DNA of 63,881 nucleotides, filler included, from Intoshia linei (taxonomy: Eukaryota > Animalia > Orthonectida): NCBI GenBank assembly GCA_001642005.1. It is 4 parts of 4 records of this genome, joined end to end, with 100 filler letters (N's around TTAATTAATTAA, not from the genome) between each part and the next. Parts side by side here need not be neighbours in the genome. Positions count along the whole stretch, not along the records: positions 16,323 to 30,391 come from LWCA01000980.1; positions 30,492 to 33,130 come from LWCA01002260.1; positions 33,231 to 63,881 come from LWCA01000355.1; 1 more part is not named here. One strand, written 5' to 3'. The translations under genes and the position numbers were made by a program. The stretch's first letter is position 1; each line of letters begins with the position of its first letter. Below are positions 28,801 to 42,917 of this stretch, piece after piece. The notes beneath the pieces were generated by a model. That model did not search any database, was not told where the DNA came from, and saw only the letters and a program-made list of their open reading frames with translations.

Positions 28801-30391
28801 AATATATAAATATCGAACATCTATAATAATTTATTATTATAATAATTATTGATGTAATATTAATTGTAATAAAGGTGCTATTTAACAGAATTTTTAAAAT
28901 CAGAACATTAGAAATCACCCAAATAGGGCGATATCTCCAAAGAGGAGAATCCTTGGATAAATCATTCTATTATTAACTTCAACCATTAAATTTTGAAGAT
29001 CAACTTTTTTAGATGGATTCTCCACGTAAAATTTTAAAATTGTTTTTTTGATTTTTTATAGATTTAACTAAAAAATCTAGATTAAAAAAAATTGATTCAT
29101 GGCGTGTTTGCAACGTCATACTAACATTATTAATTTCATCAACTATCGTCGTATCTGTATAATATTCAGATGCAGTAATTGATGCGTAGCTAGTTAAAAG
29201 TCATGAAATTAAAGATAACCCCAAAAATGAATGTTTTTTTTGAATTACCAAGATGTTTTAACTGTAATAGCATAATTCAAATATAAGTATACAAGAAAAA
29301 ATATAATAATATTTATAAATAAATTCTATTTTTTTATTAACAAGTATTAACAGTTTTTTAAAAGTTTTTAACAATATATTAAAATATTCTACCAAATGAT
29401 TTATTAAATACGAAATTATATTCAGAATCTCGCCAGATTACCCATTATCCATTTTGAATGGGCCAAAAATAATTTTTTCCACATAAACTAAAATCTAATC
29501 AATAAAGTAGAATCTACAGTTCAGAAACCATTTGTAAAATAGCTTACATTCATATTTTCAATTTGTCCAATATAGTAATAATTATTTGTTAATGATCATT
29601 GATCATATAAGTTTTTAAATCAGAATAAATATCGTTTAATATAATATTGATTTTTAAAAATAGGATGATGCTTTATAATCAAAGGGTTTAATGTTTCATA
29701 AATAATAATAAGAGCATTACAATTTATGTTTATAATTGTGTTGATAGCGGAAGTAAAATATATCAATATACATAAATGATTTACAACACATTAGTAAATT
29801 TAATAATCAAAATATCGGAAATTTAAATGTGATTAAATCGTTTGAATATTTTCTTTGTACGAATAAGATTTATAGTGAATATACAATTAATTTTTGCTTC
29901 AAATGAGTCTGTTTTTCATAAACAAAAATTATAATATAATTTGTTTCACTGAATGGTATTGATTTCAAGAAATTAATATTATTAATAAACTAATATTAAC
30001 CCATTTTTAGAATAATTGATGAATAAATACTTGAAAATCTAAATATGCATGGTGTTTCTTCAAATTATAATGAAAAGACCGTAAATTTTTTATTTTCTAT
30101 TTTACAATGTATTAGAAAATATCTTGTATGGACGAGGAAGAAAGGCAAATTGTTCAATATCTAAAACAAATGGAAACCCAATGTCCTAAAAATTCAATTT
30201 TTGCACCCATTTTGGTAATTAATTGTGATATATTTATCACTTGAATAAATTGTATTTATAACATTTTACTTCATACCAAATGTAGTTAGATTAAAATCAT
30301 ATATCTGATCGTTATGTACTACGTACAAACAGGACCTAACTCTGCCGAGGGCACATTTTTATTATACTTAAAAAATAAATTCACGTTGAAA

Positions 30392-30491
30392 NNNNNNNNN
30401 NNNNNNNNNNNNNNNNNNNNNNNNNNNNNNNNNNNTTAATTAATTAANNNNNNNNNNNNNNNNNNNNNNNNNNNNNNNNNNNNNNNNNNNN
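30392..30491. other. Assembly gap with TTAATTAATTAA spacer
   Basis: Same layout as the other two gaps; follows a repeat copy. Confidence 0.95.
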
Positions 30492-31401
30492 TTTAGAAAC
30501 AATTTAAGCCAAAAATATTAATTGCAATCATAGATATGTAATTTTTGCTTTACATTTAACTCCAAATAAACTAAAATTGAAGTAATCGAACATGACTAAA
30601 TCGAGATATCACTGTAATAATAAACATATATCAAATACAAGCATATCTCAATTTTTTTCGGGAAATCGTAAAAATTCCGGGAATTTTGTCCCGGTTTTTT
30701 TCCCGGCACAATCACTAATATAAAGTTCTGACTAGAACAACCAGAAATTAACTGTATTTATAATCTGTTGTAAGTCTGTTAAAAGCAAATTCTTAGTCTA
30801 TTTTTTATTATGCATGTGAAAATTAGATAAAACTTTTTTTAATGCAAAATGTAAATTTTACACTGCAAATCATGCCTATTGTAAATACAATATCATATCA
30901 ATTTTAAGTCTGTTTTCAATCGGTTGCCTAAAACAGACTTATTCAGTTTTTGACTTTCATTGATAACGAAAAAACATTTCTTTTTGTATAACAACGACGT
31001 TCACAAAATTGAATACACAAATAATATTTATTTAATTATAACAAATATAATTTAAATTTAATTAAATAAACATATATATACACAAAAATATAATACACAT
31101 TTTGTATTTAACACACACACTTATTAAACACATTCCATGTATGCAATAAAAATTTGACAAACAAACTAAATTGTCAACATATAGGATATAAATTTAAATA
31201 ACAATTGGCATTGATGTGTCTAGTCCTGACATGGCTTATTTGGCATACTGGTATACAACGTATACAATACAGGGAATATGCTTCCTCAGTAAAGCTAGAT
31301 ACGTATAAAATTCAATAAAAATTTCTCAGAAAATGTCAGTATCAGTAATATTTAATATGGGTAATTATAATTATAGTAAGAATGGATATCAAAAAATATA
31401 C

Positions 31402-31539
31402 CTGAACAAACCATACAGTACCATATATACTATTGTTTAAATAATTTTTCATTTTGCATATTGCCCGTGTGTATCGGTATTGAGCGGATATATTTATAGC
31501 GTTAATAGCTATTAAAGCGTACACTAAATACATTTTCAT
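31402..31539 (-). CDS. First exon of a secreted protein, possibly Cu/Zn SOD-fold
   Basis: Signal peptide then RAICKMKN..SIYGTVWFVQ|gt, like the SOD N-terminus AVCVL..GTIxFEQ; downstream exons not identified (gap nearby). Confidence 0.4.
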
Positions 31540-31965
31540 TTTTGAACTAGAATCTCATAAATAATAATGAGTTGTTCTATATTCCATGTAAATTGTATAT
31601 CAATGTTTTTGAACCTTATTAAACAATTAAATTAGTTGGTTATTATTGTACTATCAATAAACAATTAATAATTACAATAAAAATGGTATCAATTAAATAA
31701 ATTAAATTTTAAAAATCAATAAATGTATCAATGCTGATATCATAATTGTTTAAGTTAAATATGTATAATGTATTTAAAATAATAATAATGTAATAATAAA
31801 CATAGTGCAGTGTATCTGTGAAGTAGTGTACTACGTATTTGTCATATCTTGTAAATTAGTGTATTGCACAATTTCAAATCTACAAAGTCAAAGTTAATTC
31901 AAAAGTTAAATCATTTATTGAAATTATAATAATTTACAGTTCATTGATGATATAATATATATAAA

Positions 31966-32512
31966 CTAGGTTGACTGTTATGTACTACGTACAAACCACA
32001 CCTAGCTCTGCGGAGGGTACATTTTTATTATACCCAAAAAATAAATTCACGTTGAAAATCTAAATTAAAAATCCTACTATTCACTAATATCAATACTTTA
32101 AAGGAGTGGTTCTCAAACTTGTTTCAGGTGGAACCATCATATCACATTACTTTTTACTTTAAAGTGAATTATTCCACTTTTTTAGTTAAAATTTGCGTAA
32201 AGAATTTTAAAAACAAACAAACAAATTTATACGTTTTTTTAATTTATTAGACAGAATGTGTGTATAATATTAAAAATAAAATAAACTGGAAAAAACTGTA
32301 ATTGAAATGTAGACTTTATAAAATTCTAAAACAGGTAGTTATTTCAATAAAGTGGAACATGTTAAGTGAAATTTATGTTATTATACGCCCCGGAAAAAAC
32401 TAATTGAAATGTGGTCTTTAAAAAATTCTAAGAGTGCTAGTTATTTCATAACATTCACACACACAGACATACACACAAACAAAAATCGCGTAGCCTTTTA
32501 TATAAGTTAGGA
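31966..32512 (-). mobile_element. Complete non-autonomous Helitron-like element (547 bp)
   Basis: Minus strand: A|TCCTAACTTATATAAAA..(GT)n .. hairpin TGTAC-gta-GTACA .. CCTAG|T; no TSD and no TIR. Confidence 0.8.
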
Positions 32513-33130
32513 TAATTATATAAGTATTGATAACATAAGTCATGTTAAACAGAAAAAAATATTATGATCATTTCCTTAATACAACAAAACTATAATCTTT
32601 GAGAACTGGATTATTAGTTCTACCTATACTCGACATTGTAGGACAAAACTTAATGGGTTCATGATCTAAATATGAGAATATAGTGATCTCTTAACTTATA
32701 TAAAATTGAATGTATGTGTGTTACCTTATATTTAAAAAATTAACAGTCTTACAATTTAAAAAAACCAAATTTCTGGTTTCCAAAATTGTGTAGTTCAGGG
32801 TAGATAACCCAATTTGGTCTTTTTATTGAAAAATGAATTCTGCCCTAAAATTAAATAAAAATATAATTTCTGGGACGCGTTATAAAATACTTTAAACATT
32901 TCGTGAATCAGCCTCAGTAAAGTGCATATTCATGGTCAACCAGAATAGTGCTTGCAATGAGAATTCTTGAAAACAAAATAAATTCATACTGTGAGTAATA
33001 CAATAAAAATTTTTAATTGTGGAAAAACTAAAAGTACTTAACAGTTCCAAAATCCTTAGTAAGGATGTTTCTTACTTCCTTACTTATATAATATGCTATG
33101 CAATATTTGTTTGTGTGTGTTACCGTTTAT

Positions 33131-33230
33131 NNNNNNNNNNNNNNNNNNNNNNNNNNNNNNNNNNNNNNNNNNNNTTAATTAATTAANNNNNNNNNNNNNN
33201 NNNNNNNNNNNNNNNNNNNNNNNNNNNNNN
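33131..33230. other. Assembly gap with TTAATTAATTAA spacer
   Basis: Same layout; follows a Helitron-like 5' end. Confidence 0.95.
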
Positions 33231-34410
33231 ACATAAATATAGTTCTAAACCAAAACTAAATGTTTGACTAACAAATGAAATTTCTGAGAGAATATTATTA
33301 AGACTAAATATTTTCAAAGAAAGGTCAAGAAATTTGAGAAAAGAATTAATCATAGATGCCATTCAAAAATTGAACTTATTATATAATTAAAAATTTCGAA
33401 AATGTCTGAATACTTTACAAGAAAATATGCAAACCCCTTTCTTTTAAATTTTTGTAAAAATTGTTATTTTTACATAGTAATCTACAATTTTTAAATGAAA
33501 ATTTTACGAAAATATGATAAATTAACCAATCATATTTGTTAATAAAGTAATTTTCAATATTTTTATATTAAAAATTTCTTTTTCTTTGCGCAACTTAACC
33601 AGAAAGTTTTGTGTGAAAATTGAACTCACATAGTAGTTTAAGTATGAATACTAGTGTAATTTTTCAACGTCAACAAGAAAATCGCAAAATTTATACTTTT
33701 TGAAACACCCTATTATATATTGTTTAAATAACTTTATAATGGCCATTGGCCAATATCCATGGGCCGTAAAACAACATTTTCAGTATTGAATGCTTCGCGA
33801 AAAATTAAATGTACGCTAAATCAAAGGAATTCACAAGAAGAGAGATATAGACATAAACATCAACATCATTTTTTACAATGAAGCATAGTTGGAAAATTAA
33901 TAATGTTGTTAATTCCAACGCAAGTCGAATTTTTAAAGATTTTTAAAAAACCGACATCAGATTCTTTTATAATACTAAATATTATAATGTAGTATCTTAT
34001 ATTTAATACATTTTCACTGAATTTTTCATGTGGCCCATAATTTATAATTATTTATTGTTAAACTTTTGTAAAGAAATTTAAATTTTGTTTTTATACCAAC
34101 TAAATTTTTAATAAACGCATCAATGTAAGTATTTTTCACATAATTGTTTCATGAATTAGACCTGATACTTTTTTCCATTTGTGATAAATAAAAAATTATT
34201 CAAATACTATTTATAAATGATTACAAAAATGAATTGCATTCTTTAAAATATATCTTGAAGACCATATACTGTGCCTATCCAGACAAATTTCCCACGCCAC
34301 ATCCCAGAAAAGACTCTTTTCACAATATAACATTATAAAATGGAGGTGGGTAAATTTTATTTACATAGCTACAGTTTTACATTAATATGGATAACTTTAG
34401 AAAAAAATAT

Positions 34411-37400
34411 TTAAATATATTTGTTCTTCTGTTGAATAGATTCATAAAACTTGTCACATTTTGATTGTTTGATTTTATCTACATTGGATAGTAATTTTAT
34501 ACAATTTACAGAATTTTCATCATAATAAATTGAAAAAATTGATTCAGAAGAAGCAAATTTCTAAAATTATAATGATACATAATAAAATGAAGTAATCAAT
34601 AACTAAATTACCATAAATTCATAAACATGAATTAGAAGAAGAGGAAAACGGTTCAGAAAATAATTTAAAAATTCATTTGGAATTTTTCCTAACGAAAGTC
34701 TCAATTGTTCGTTTAGGTGCATGTAATGGTGTCGCTAAATTATCATTATTTCATTAATGGGTCTTAATTAACTCTTTCATTAATATCAATTCAATATATA
34801 AAATTGTACCTTGTTTCTAATTGCTCTTAGTAAATCCTTTACACTGTTTCCTTGATAAGTTCGAAACTTGCGTAAATCTAATTTTTTTAAATTGATATTT
34901 CTCATAAATTTTACCATTTTGAAGGGAAACAGATAATTTCAAGCGCCAATCAGTTCCCACTACTTTTATTGCATCTTTTTCAATATCACCATTCGTTTTT
35001 GAATTGTTATTACGTTCTATTCTATCACTACTATCCTAAAATAAGCAATTACAATTAAATTATACATATTACAGCAGTAATTTTCAATCTTTTTGTGTTC
35101 GCGACCCCCCTTATAAAAATAAAAAATTTTCGCGACCCAAAAATTTACTATATACTCCAAACATCTTATCAATTCACATAAATGAAAATATTAAAAAAGC
35201 ATATTCAGTTTTATTTATATTTTATACTGTGTTCAAATTCTCACGACCCCCCGTTTGAAAATCACTGTATTACAGTATTATCGTACATCATAATCATAAT
35301 TCTTCTTAGAACACATAGTATATATCTATGTATCTTAAACTGGGGTCTATTTGGTAATAATGATCCATTACTCATGAGCAGGATGTCAGACTCAATTTGC
35401 TTGGCGGGTGAAATGTGACAAAAAAAATTATTACGCGGGCCGCACAAAAAAATATTTTTACTCAAATCATTATTTTTATAATGATTATTAAACTACAGTT
35501 TTAATTAATTAATAAAATGGAATAAGTGCATAACTAATGCTAAAAATTGTAATCAGGAGAAATAAATTATGAAAAATATCTAAAAAAATAAATGGGTAAA
35601 AAATTTTGTTATAACGAACATTCCATAATTGACACCTCTGCTCATGAGTCATATGCAAACATTCAGTTGAGCGATACATCTTATAATCTAACCATCGATT
35701 TTATTAATTAATCATAATACTTATTTTTTGACAAAATTTTTATGGTTTCTTCAAAGTTTCTTTAATGATGACAATGACCAAAATTATCTTCAAAATCATT
35801 AAAAATTGGGTAAAAAAAAGTTCCTTTAAAAACCCTACAAAATTTTACCCCAAAATTATCGTCAAAATCTTTAAAAATTGAGTAAAAAAAAGTTCCTTTA
35901 AAAATCCATACAAAATTTTTGCCCAAAATTTCTGTGAAATATTTTAAAATTGGGTAAAAAAACTGCAAAATTATGAATATAAGATAAATATATATTATTA
36001 AATATAAATAAAAAAACCGACTAAAATTTCGTGAAAAAATAAATGATATGATAATAAATAAAATCGATAAATATGTCACTATAAGATTTATCACTCTAAC
36101 AGTACATCGTCAAACGAATGCCGCTCTAGAGAATGGACGTCGAGTCATGACCTGGGGTATGACCAATCCGTAATTTAACGGGCCAAAATATAATTAAAAA
36201 TTAATTATTCAAGTTTCTATAAATTTTATTAAGTACAAAGTCCAACAAAAAAAACAACTTTTTTTGAATGCAAAAGTTAAATTTAGTGCACCTGGAAGAT
36301 ATTTTTATTCTAAACAAGATGGTGAAATCAGTTTTTCCTCATCACGTCTATTAAACGTTGATTCGTTAATCGGATTTTATTTTGTTGAATATACTAGAAA
36401 CTTTTCTCTTCAGTTAAAATAAAAATCTATCAAGTGTAAATTTTCAAAAACGGGGTCCCTATAATTTTTTTATATAAAAAAAGTGGCCCACGAGATGCAA
36501 AAGGTAGCTGACCACTGATATACATGTATATGTCGTATAGAATGTGTAAAATTTTCATTTATATTTTAGTTTAATTTTGGGTTTTAGAAATTTTATTGAA
36601 CTAAATTTTAAGGGGTTTTTTAAGATTTTTTTTTGAACCAAACTTTCAAGGTGGTTTTAAGATTTTTTAACAGAACTTTAAGGGTAATTTTTTTAGAAAT
36701 TTTTTTTACTAAATTTGAAGGGGAGTTTTTCGGAAATTTTTTTTGAACCCAACTTAAAGACAACCTTAAAGTTTGGGTTCAAAAAAAATCATAAAAATCT
36801 CTCTTAAAAGTTCTGTTCAAAAAAAATACTAAAAACCATTAAAAATTTTGGTTTAAAAAAATTCTAAGAAACGCCATTTAAAGTTTGGTTCAAAAAAACC
36901 TAAAAAGTCTAAAACCCAAAATTAAAATATAAATGAAAATTTTACACATTCTACGACTTGTCCATAAAATGTATACATCTACGACTTGCTCGTGGAATGT
37001 GTACATTTCACAGTTGTACACATTCTATGCAACATATATAAAATTCTCAATATAAACAAAAAATGTCAACCATTGGAATAAATTCCAATTTCAATCGACT
37101 CTATGAAAAATATTCATTTATCGCTGCCCAACGCGGAGTTTATAAAAAATCTACATGAAACTAATGTGGGATTTTATAAAATGTATCCAGTTAAATTACA
37201 TTACAAAAAATAAAACATACCATCAAAAAATCTAATTTCATTTTACAACTCCATAACAGTGGATGTTTTTTGACTCCTTGTATATGAGGTCTTAAACCTG
37301 GATCTTGCTGAAGTAAAGATTTTACGGCATGGATGGACACACAATCAAGTATCAAATCTAGTTCATAAAATTTGTACAAATCATTAGCTATATTGCTCAT

Positions 37401-39446
37401 TCTATGTAATGGCGGTCCATACGGGTGTTTTCCATTGGACAAAATGAAATAAAGTAGACAACCAAGAGAAAAAATATCTACAGCTTTGGTTACCTTTTTA
37501 GATTTATCTGGATGTAACATTTCAGGCGCAACCCATCCAATCGTACCGGTTGGACCAGATTGAAGTGAGAACGATTGTTTATGGGGTAGAATTTGTTTAC
37601 ATAACCCGAAATCGGAAATAACAAAACGCAATTTAGATTCCTTATTATCTTTAACAAGTATATTTTGAGGTTTAATGTCTCTGTGAACAATATTCAGAGA
37701 ATGTAAATGGATCATTCCTTCAACAATTTGACCCCATGCGTCAATTTTTGCATCTTGGCTCATAAGAAACCCCTTATTGACATAATCCTTCAAAGTTCCA
37801 ATACAAAGTTCCAATGCAATATAATGGAATTGGTAACTCGTTTGAGTACAATGATATCTAATAACATTTCGATGAAGGTCTGAATTTTTCAAGAGATTAA
37901 TTTCTCGATTGGCTAATTTGGTACATTCAGGTATGACCCGTTTTACGGCAACATCTTTTCCATCGAATGTTCCCTTATAAACTATTGTTCCATTACACCC
38001 ACGTCCGAGGATGACATCCGGATAAAAACTCAAACAACCCACATTAACAGTAGCTTCAGTGAGCATTTCTTGTGCATTGACAGTACTGGAACCGCTCAAA
38101 TTGATGGCAGTACCAGAAACAACTGGATTAGGTTTTTTGGGTCTATATCGCCTGGAAAAAGAAAATATTATAAAAAGACCCAGTATAAATGTAAAAATTA
38201 CGACAATCCCTCCAAAGGAAAGTATAATTTTGCCATCTTCGTATATAGCTATAGGAAAATTGAAAAGACTGGCAATTTGATGAATACTATCGTTAGTTTT
38301 CTTGTTGATATCACTATTAATGAAACGCTCAAGGCGTTTCCAATCTTCAATCAATTCCATAGGCGTTACACTTATATAATCTAAATAGTATCCAAAAAAT
38401 TTAGATTTTTTATCAAATTTACTACGGTCCGGCAGAAGAAATTGGTTTTCATTGTCATATATACTAGTCATTACTTCTAAAATGTACATTGTTGCTTTAA
38501 ATGTACCAACATAAATAATTTTCCTTATATTTTCAGAATTTAAAACGTCATCAATTACTACGCTTATATCAGTGATACGTTCAATTTCTTGCATAGTGGC
38601 AGAGGATATAGGATAAATTGTTTTGTGAACAAAATGGTTTTGATTTAAATGTGAAAAAACTGAAATTATCGGACTCGATGAGTCAATAGTCCAAAGTTTT
38701 TTTTGAGTGTAAGGGTTTATTGCCATTAAACAACCATTTGATACTGATGAAATGTACATTTGATTGAAATTATTCTGCAAAGAGAGGACCGAATGAGAAG
38801 TATAATCAATAAATGTAATGTTCCATAATGGACTCAGGTCTGACGCAGCATATTTAACTATATTATAATGAGTATAACCAATATGAATGGTGGAATTGTT
38901 GAAATTGAAATGTGGACAAATCTCTTGACGGTCTATCAATCGTCCTCCAGAATCTAAACTTTTAATCACATTCCCGTTTTTTGCATCTAAAATTGTCCAA
39001 ATATCTTTTTTTGAACCAATGTATAATGACCCGTCTGAACTTCTACATGGAGATAGATTTACTAATTCAGAAATTGAAAATGGCAATTTTTTCATTTCTC
39101 GTTCCCATTTTTCATCTTTTAATGTTTCTTTGTTTATTTCAAGTTCAAATAATTCTCCTGTTGAAGGATTCGCAACAATTTCAACTTGTTTAGAATTTGA
39201 TATCGAATATTGTAACAATGAATCAAATCGATGTGTCCAAATCTTTTTACCAGATTCAAAATGTATATAATTTAACGATCCGTCCAAGGACAATACTAGC
39301 AAATTTGACAATTCTTCTTCTAAATCACTTGATTTCAGTATTATTTGGTGACTATTTTCGTTCAGTGAATTTTCTGTATTAAGTTCAGACGCTAAACAAA
39401 ATCCCATCCAAATCATCCAAATACACAAAAATTTGTATAGCTTCAT
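34411..39446 (-). CDS. ERN1: IRE1 kinase/endoribonuclease
   Basis: Signal peptide, luminal domain, TM and kinase (VAVKR, HRDIKPQN, DFG) in exon 1; KEN exons at 34411-35036 (DLRKFRTY..DLLRAIRNK|RHHY..YFLNRFPLLLIH). Confidence 0.95.
35075..35267. mobile_element. hAT MITE (193 bp) in the IRE1 intron
   Basis: TIR CAGTAATTTTCAA / TTGAAAATCACTG; perfect TSD TATTACAG. Confidence 0.9.
35379..35640. mobile_element. hAT MITE (262 bp) in the IRE1 intron
   Basis: Imperfect TIR CAGGATGTCA / TGACACCTCTG; perfect TSD CTCATGAG; subterminal GCGGGCCGC. Confidence 0.8.
35779..35965. repeat. About 72-bp tandem repeat, about 2.5 copies
   Basis: caaaattatc..aaaaattgggtaaaaaaagttcctttaaaaa.. recurs; this explains the spurious ORF 35762-36094. 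Confidence 0.7.
36527..37040. mobile_element. Foldback-like palindromic element
   Basis: tagaatgtgtaaaattttcatttatatttt..aattttgggttttaga at 36538 is mirrored at 36908-36953; centre gaacccaac..gtttgggttc; outer TIR tatatgtcgtatagaatgtgta. Confidence 0.75.
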
Positions 39447-39727
39447 AAATTTACAATTTGTTTACTGTGAACTATCTTTCAATGTTCACGTTCTCATAGT
39501 GTTGTTTGGTTACGCTAAATTTCATTCATTAAACGTTAATACAATAATTGTACAGTAATGGTTTATTTTTATTAATACGTGTTTCTTAATGTTGATCACT
39601 ATATATTTATAGAAATTTATTGAATATTAATTGATTTATTTTAATACATAATATATAATCGTAATATAAAATAAATATACTTTTATTTATTTTTTCACCA
39701 TATTATCGCCATGTCTAATTAAAAATT

Positions 39728-42700
39728 ATGACCAACATTTTGAATAATGTATTAAACATATATAACGACATTATTGAAAATAATTGGTAAGTTCTATTGA
39801 ATTATAAATCAAATGTAAAAAATTAATTTAACCAATGATAATAGTGTATCAATATTTATTGGTATATATCTTATCAATTTATATTCAAATTTAGTTTACC
39901 CGATCAAGATGTATATTCGATTTTGAAAAATGTGTATAAATTCGTAAAAAGTGATTCAAAAGACAGTAATAAAGTTTTGAATGAATTAGTTATAGAAAAT
40001 GATGATAATCAACTTTGGAAGCAATTGTTGGCCTTCAATGACAGTTTAATAGAAGACATTGCAACTGTAATTTCGAACGAATTGAAATTGAGTAAACTTG
40101 CTAAACATAAAAAAATATCTACACGTCAAGTGTGTATCGATCAAGACGAAAATATACCAAAAAAACCTAAAGTTACATTTAATGATCCATTATTTGAAAG
40201 TGACACAAATACGAAAAAAATCTCGTCTAAATCTGAAAACTTTGATATGAAATCATTTTTAGATGAATTTAATAGTGAAAATATTGAAATTGATGAAAGA
40301 CTTTTTGAAGGAGTTTCAGATGACGAAGAATTAGATTTCTTGGAGGAGGAAAAATCTTTTTTTGAGTCGGAAGTTCAGCGAAATCGTTTAGATATCATTG
40401 ATGAAAATGAAGAAAATACTCCTGTTTTAGATGTAAATAATAAAGATGACACAGAAAATTCGGATGATATGGATGTAGATATTGATCCAGAATTTGACGA
40501 AAATCAGTCGAATGATGATGTTGACATCAACAGTGAAGATGAAAGTGATATGAATGAACATGTTAATGAACAAAAAAACACAGCTTTCGAGAATTGGAGT
40601 AGTAAGGTAATTTTTTATTTCAGAGTTTAATTTGGTTTTTACTTATTAGTTTCATTAGGTTAAAACGCAAATTAAAAATTTTGAAAATGATATGAAACAA
40701 GACAAGGAATGGTTCTTAAAAGGAGAAACTAGTGCCAAAAATAGACCTACAAATAGTTTGCTAGAAAAATATCTCGATTTTGACACAACAGCTAGACCAG
40801 GTATATATTTATTTTTTTGAAGGTTCCTTATCTAACGAAACTATCTTCACATTGTACAAATGTAAAGTTAAACTTTTTAAGTTTGATTTTTTTGTATGGG
40901 CAATAATTTTACGTATTTTAGTAATTATTTTATTTAATTAGAAATAAGATTAGAAAAAAATTTTATAACGGGTAGGGTACGGGATTGATTGATGTTTTGC
41001 ATAATATTTGACAGTAGAAAATTTCGGCCGTGAGGGAATTTTGTATGTATTTATTTTTTAATAAAATATTTATATTTTCTATAGTGCCTGTTATCACAGA
41101 AGAAAAAACCACTACGATTGAAGATATCATTAAAGCTAGAATAAAAAATGGGGTATTTTTAATATTTATATATAAATGAATTATAATTGTTAATCACTTT
41201 GGTACATGTTTCGTAACCTGTGAATAAATAAATAGTTGGGCGCATTTTAAATTTTAATTAGAAACACCACCGATGACATTTTGATATTTTTGATGGTCAC
41301 CATATTATTTACATTGTAATATAAATACATTAAATTAACATAGTAAATAGTAAATCCCAAAATTTTAATTAAAAAATGGTCAATGTACTAGTTTGACACT
41401 AATTTTTATAAGTTTATAAAATAAACTGAAATTTCTATGCAACGCACCGGTTAAGAATTACTGATTTGGTGTATCGCACCATTTTAAAATGCACTGTTCT
41501 AGTTTTCGAGTCTCTAAATTATTTATTAACTTTTATTTTGTACTCTTATTCACAGTTCAATAATTAAATGAAAACTAATGTGGAAACCTTCGTCAGTAAT
41601 GATTTTTTCATAACCTTAAAATGTGTATAACAACTAGCTTTTTTGTTTTGTACGTACTGTTTGTTTGTACTTCGTACAAACTGTCGCTAATTTTCACGAG
41701 GGCGAACTAAAACATTGAAAATTTAATGACAAGCAAATTTCACTCAGATCTAAAAATGAAATTAAATACTATACATTTAAAACTTTTTCAATATATTAAA
41801 TGTTAGTTAAAAATCTTTACAATCGATACAATATCGATAACATTGCACCGTTCTTAGTTTTCATTTTAAGTTGATAAATTTAATGTAAATTCAAAATATT
41901 TGCTGATAAATTGGTAAAATGCGTTTTTGACCATCAAGACGCAAATTTCTGAAGTTGAAATTTTTTTGTGTATCAAGTGGAAAAAACTGTATAAGAATTT
42001 TTTTAAGTAATGTTCAAGTGAAATACACGGACATTAAAGCCATAATTTACGAATTATAATTATTAATCAATACAAGATTTGTTCATATCTTTGTTGAACA
42101 TTGTTTTTAATTTTATATTTGGATGTTCATGTTTGGAGAATTTACTGTATTCTAGTATGAAATTTTTTTGACTATTAAATTATAGATATGGGACGATGTG
42201 GAGAGAAAGGTGGAAACAGAAAAAGACATTGATTTCCAAAAGGACGTACTTTTAGATATGAATAAAGCCGATGTAGGTTTAGCAGAAATTTACGAAAAAG
42301 AATATTTGGAAAAAGAGTCTAACCTGGTATATTAGTATATATTTCAAACATTAATAAATTTTAGAATAAATCTGAAAAAACAAAAAGAAACCAACTGCAT
42401 GTCAAAATCGACCAAGAAATGAATATACTTTTCCATCAACTGGATTTAATGAGTGCATTTACATTTACTCCATCCACAGTATTATTTTATTTATATTGTT
42501 GTTTGTTTTAATTTAGGCTACAGTTAAAACTGATATTTTGGCAAATATATCTGCCATAAACGTGGAAGAAAACATTCCCCAGGCAATATCTGACGCTACA
42601 CTATTAGCACCAGAAGAAATTATAGTATTAATTTGATTTATACCATTTAATTGATTTTAATAGAAAGAAAAGGGTAAACCAAAATCCCAAACAGAATTGT

Positions 42701-42894
42701 CTAAATCAGACAAAAAGGTATTAAGAATAAAAGCTAAAAAGCAAACTAATAAAAAGAAAAAAGTCGACAAAAAAATACAAATAAAACTAACAAACGTTAA
42801 AAAAGCCACAGTGACTTTAAAAGGCAAATCAACCAACAATTTTTCTGATAATATGAACGATATTGTTCGGAAATTGGGTATAAAAGATGTTTAA
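39728..42894 (+). CDS. MPHOSPH10: U3 snoRNP protein MPP10
   Basis: Acidic N-terminal half; WFLKGETSAKNRPTNSLLE..LDFD, PVITEEKT..IEDIIKARIK, WDDVERK, LAEIYEKEYL and LLAPEEI. Confidence 0.9.
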
Positions 42895-42917
42895 TTTGTA
42901 CATTTTTACATTATAAA

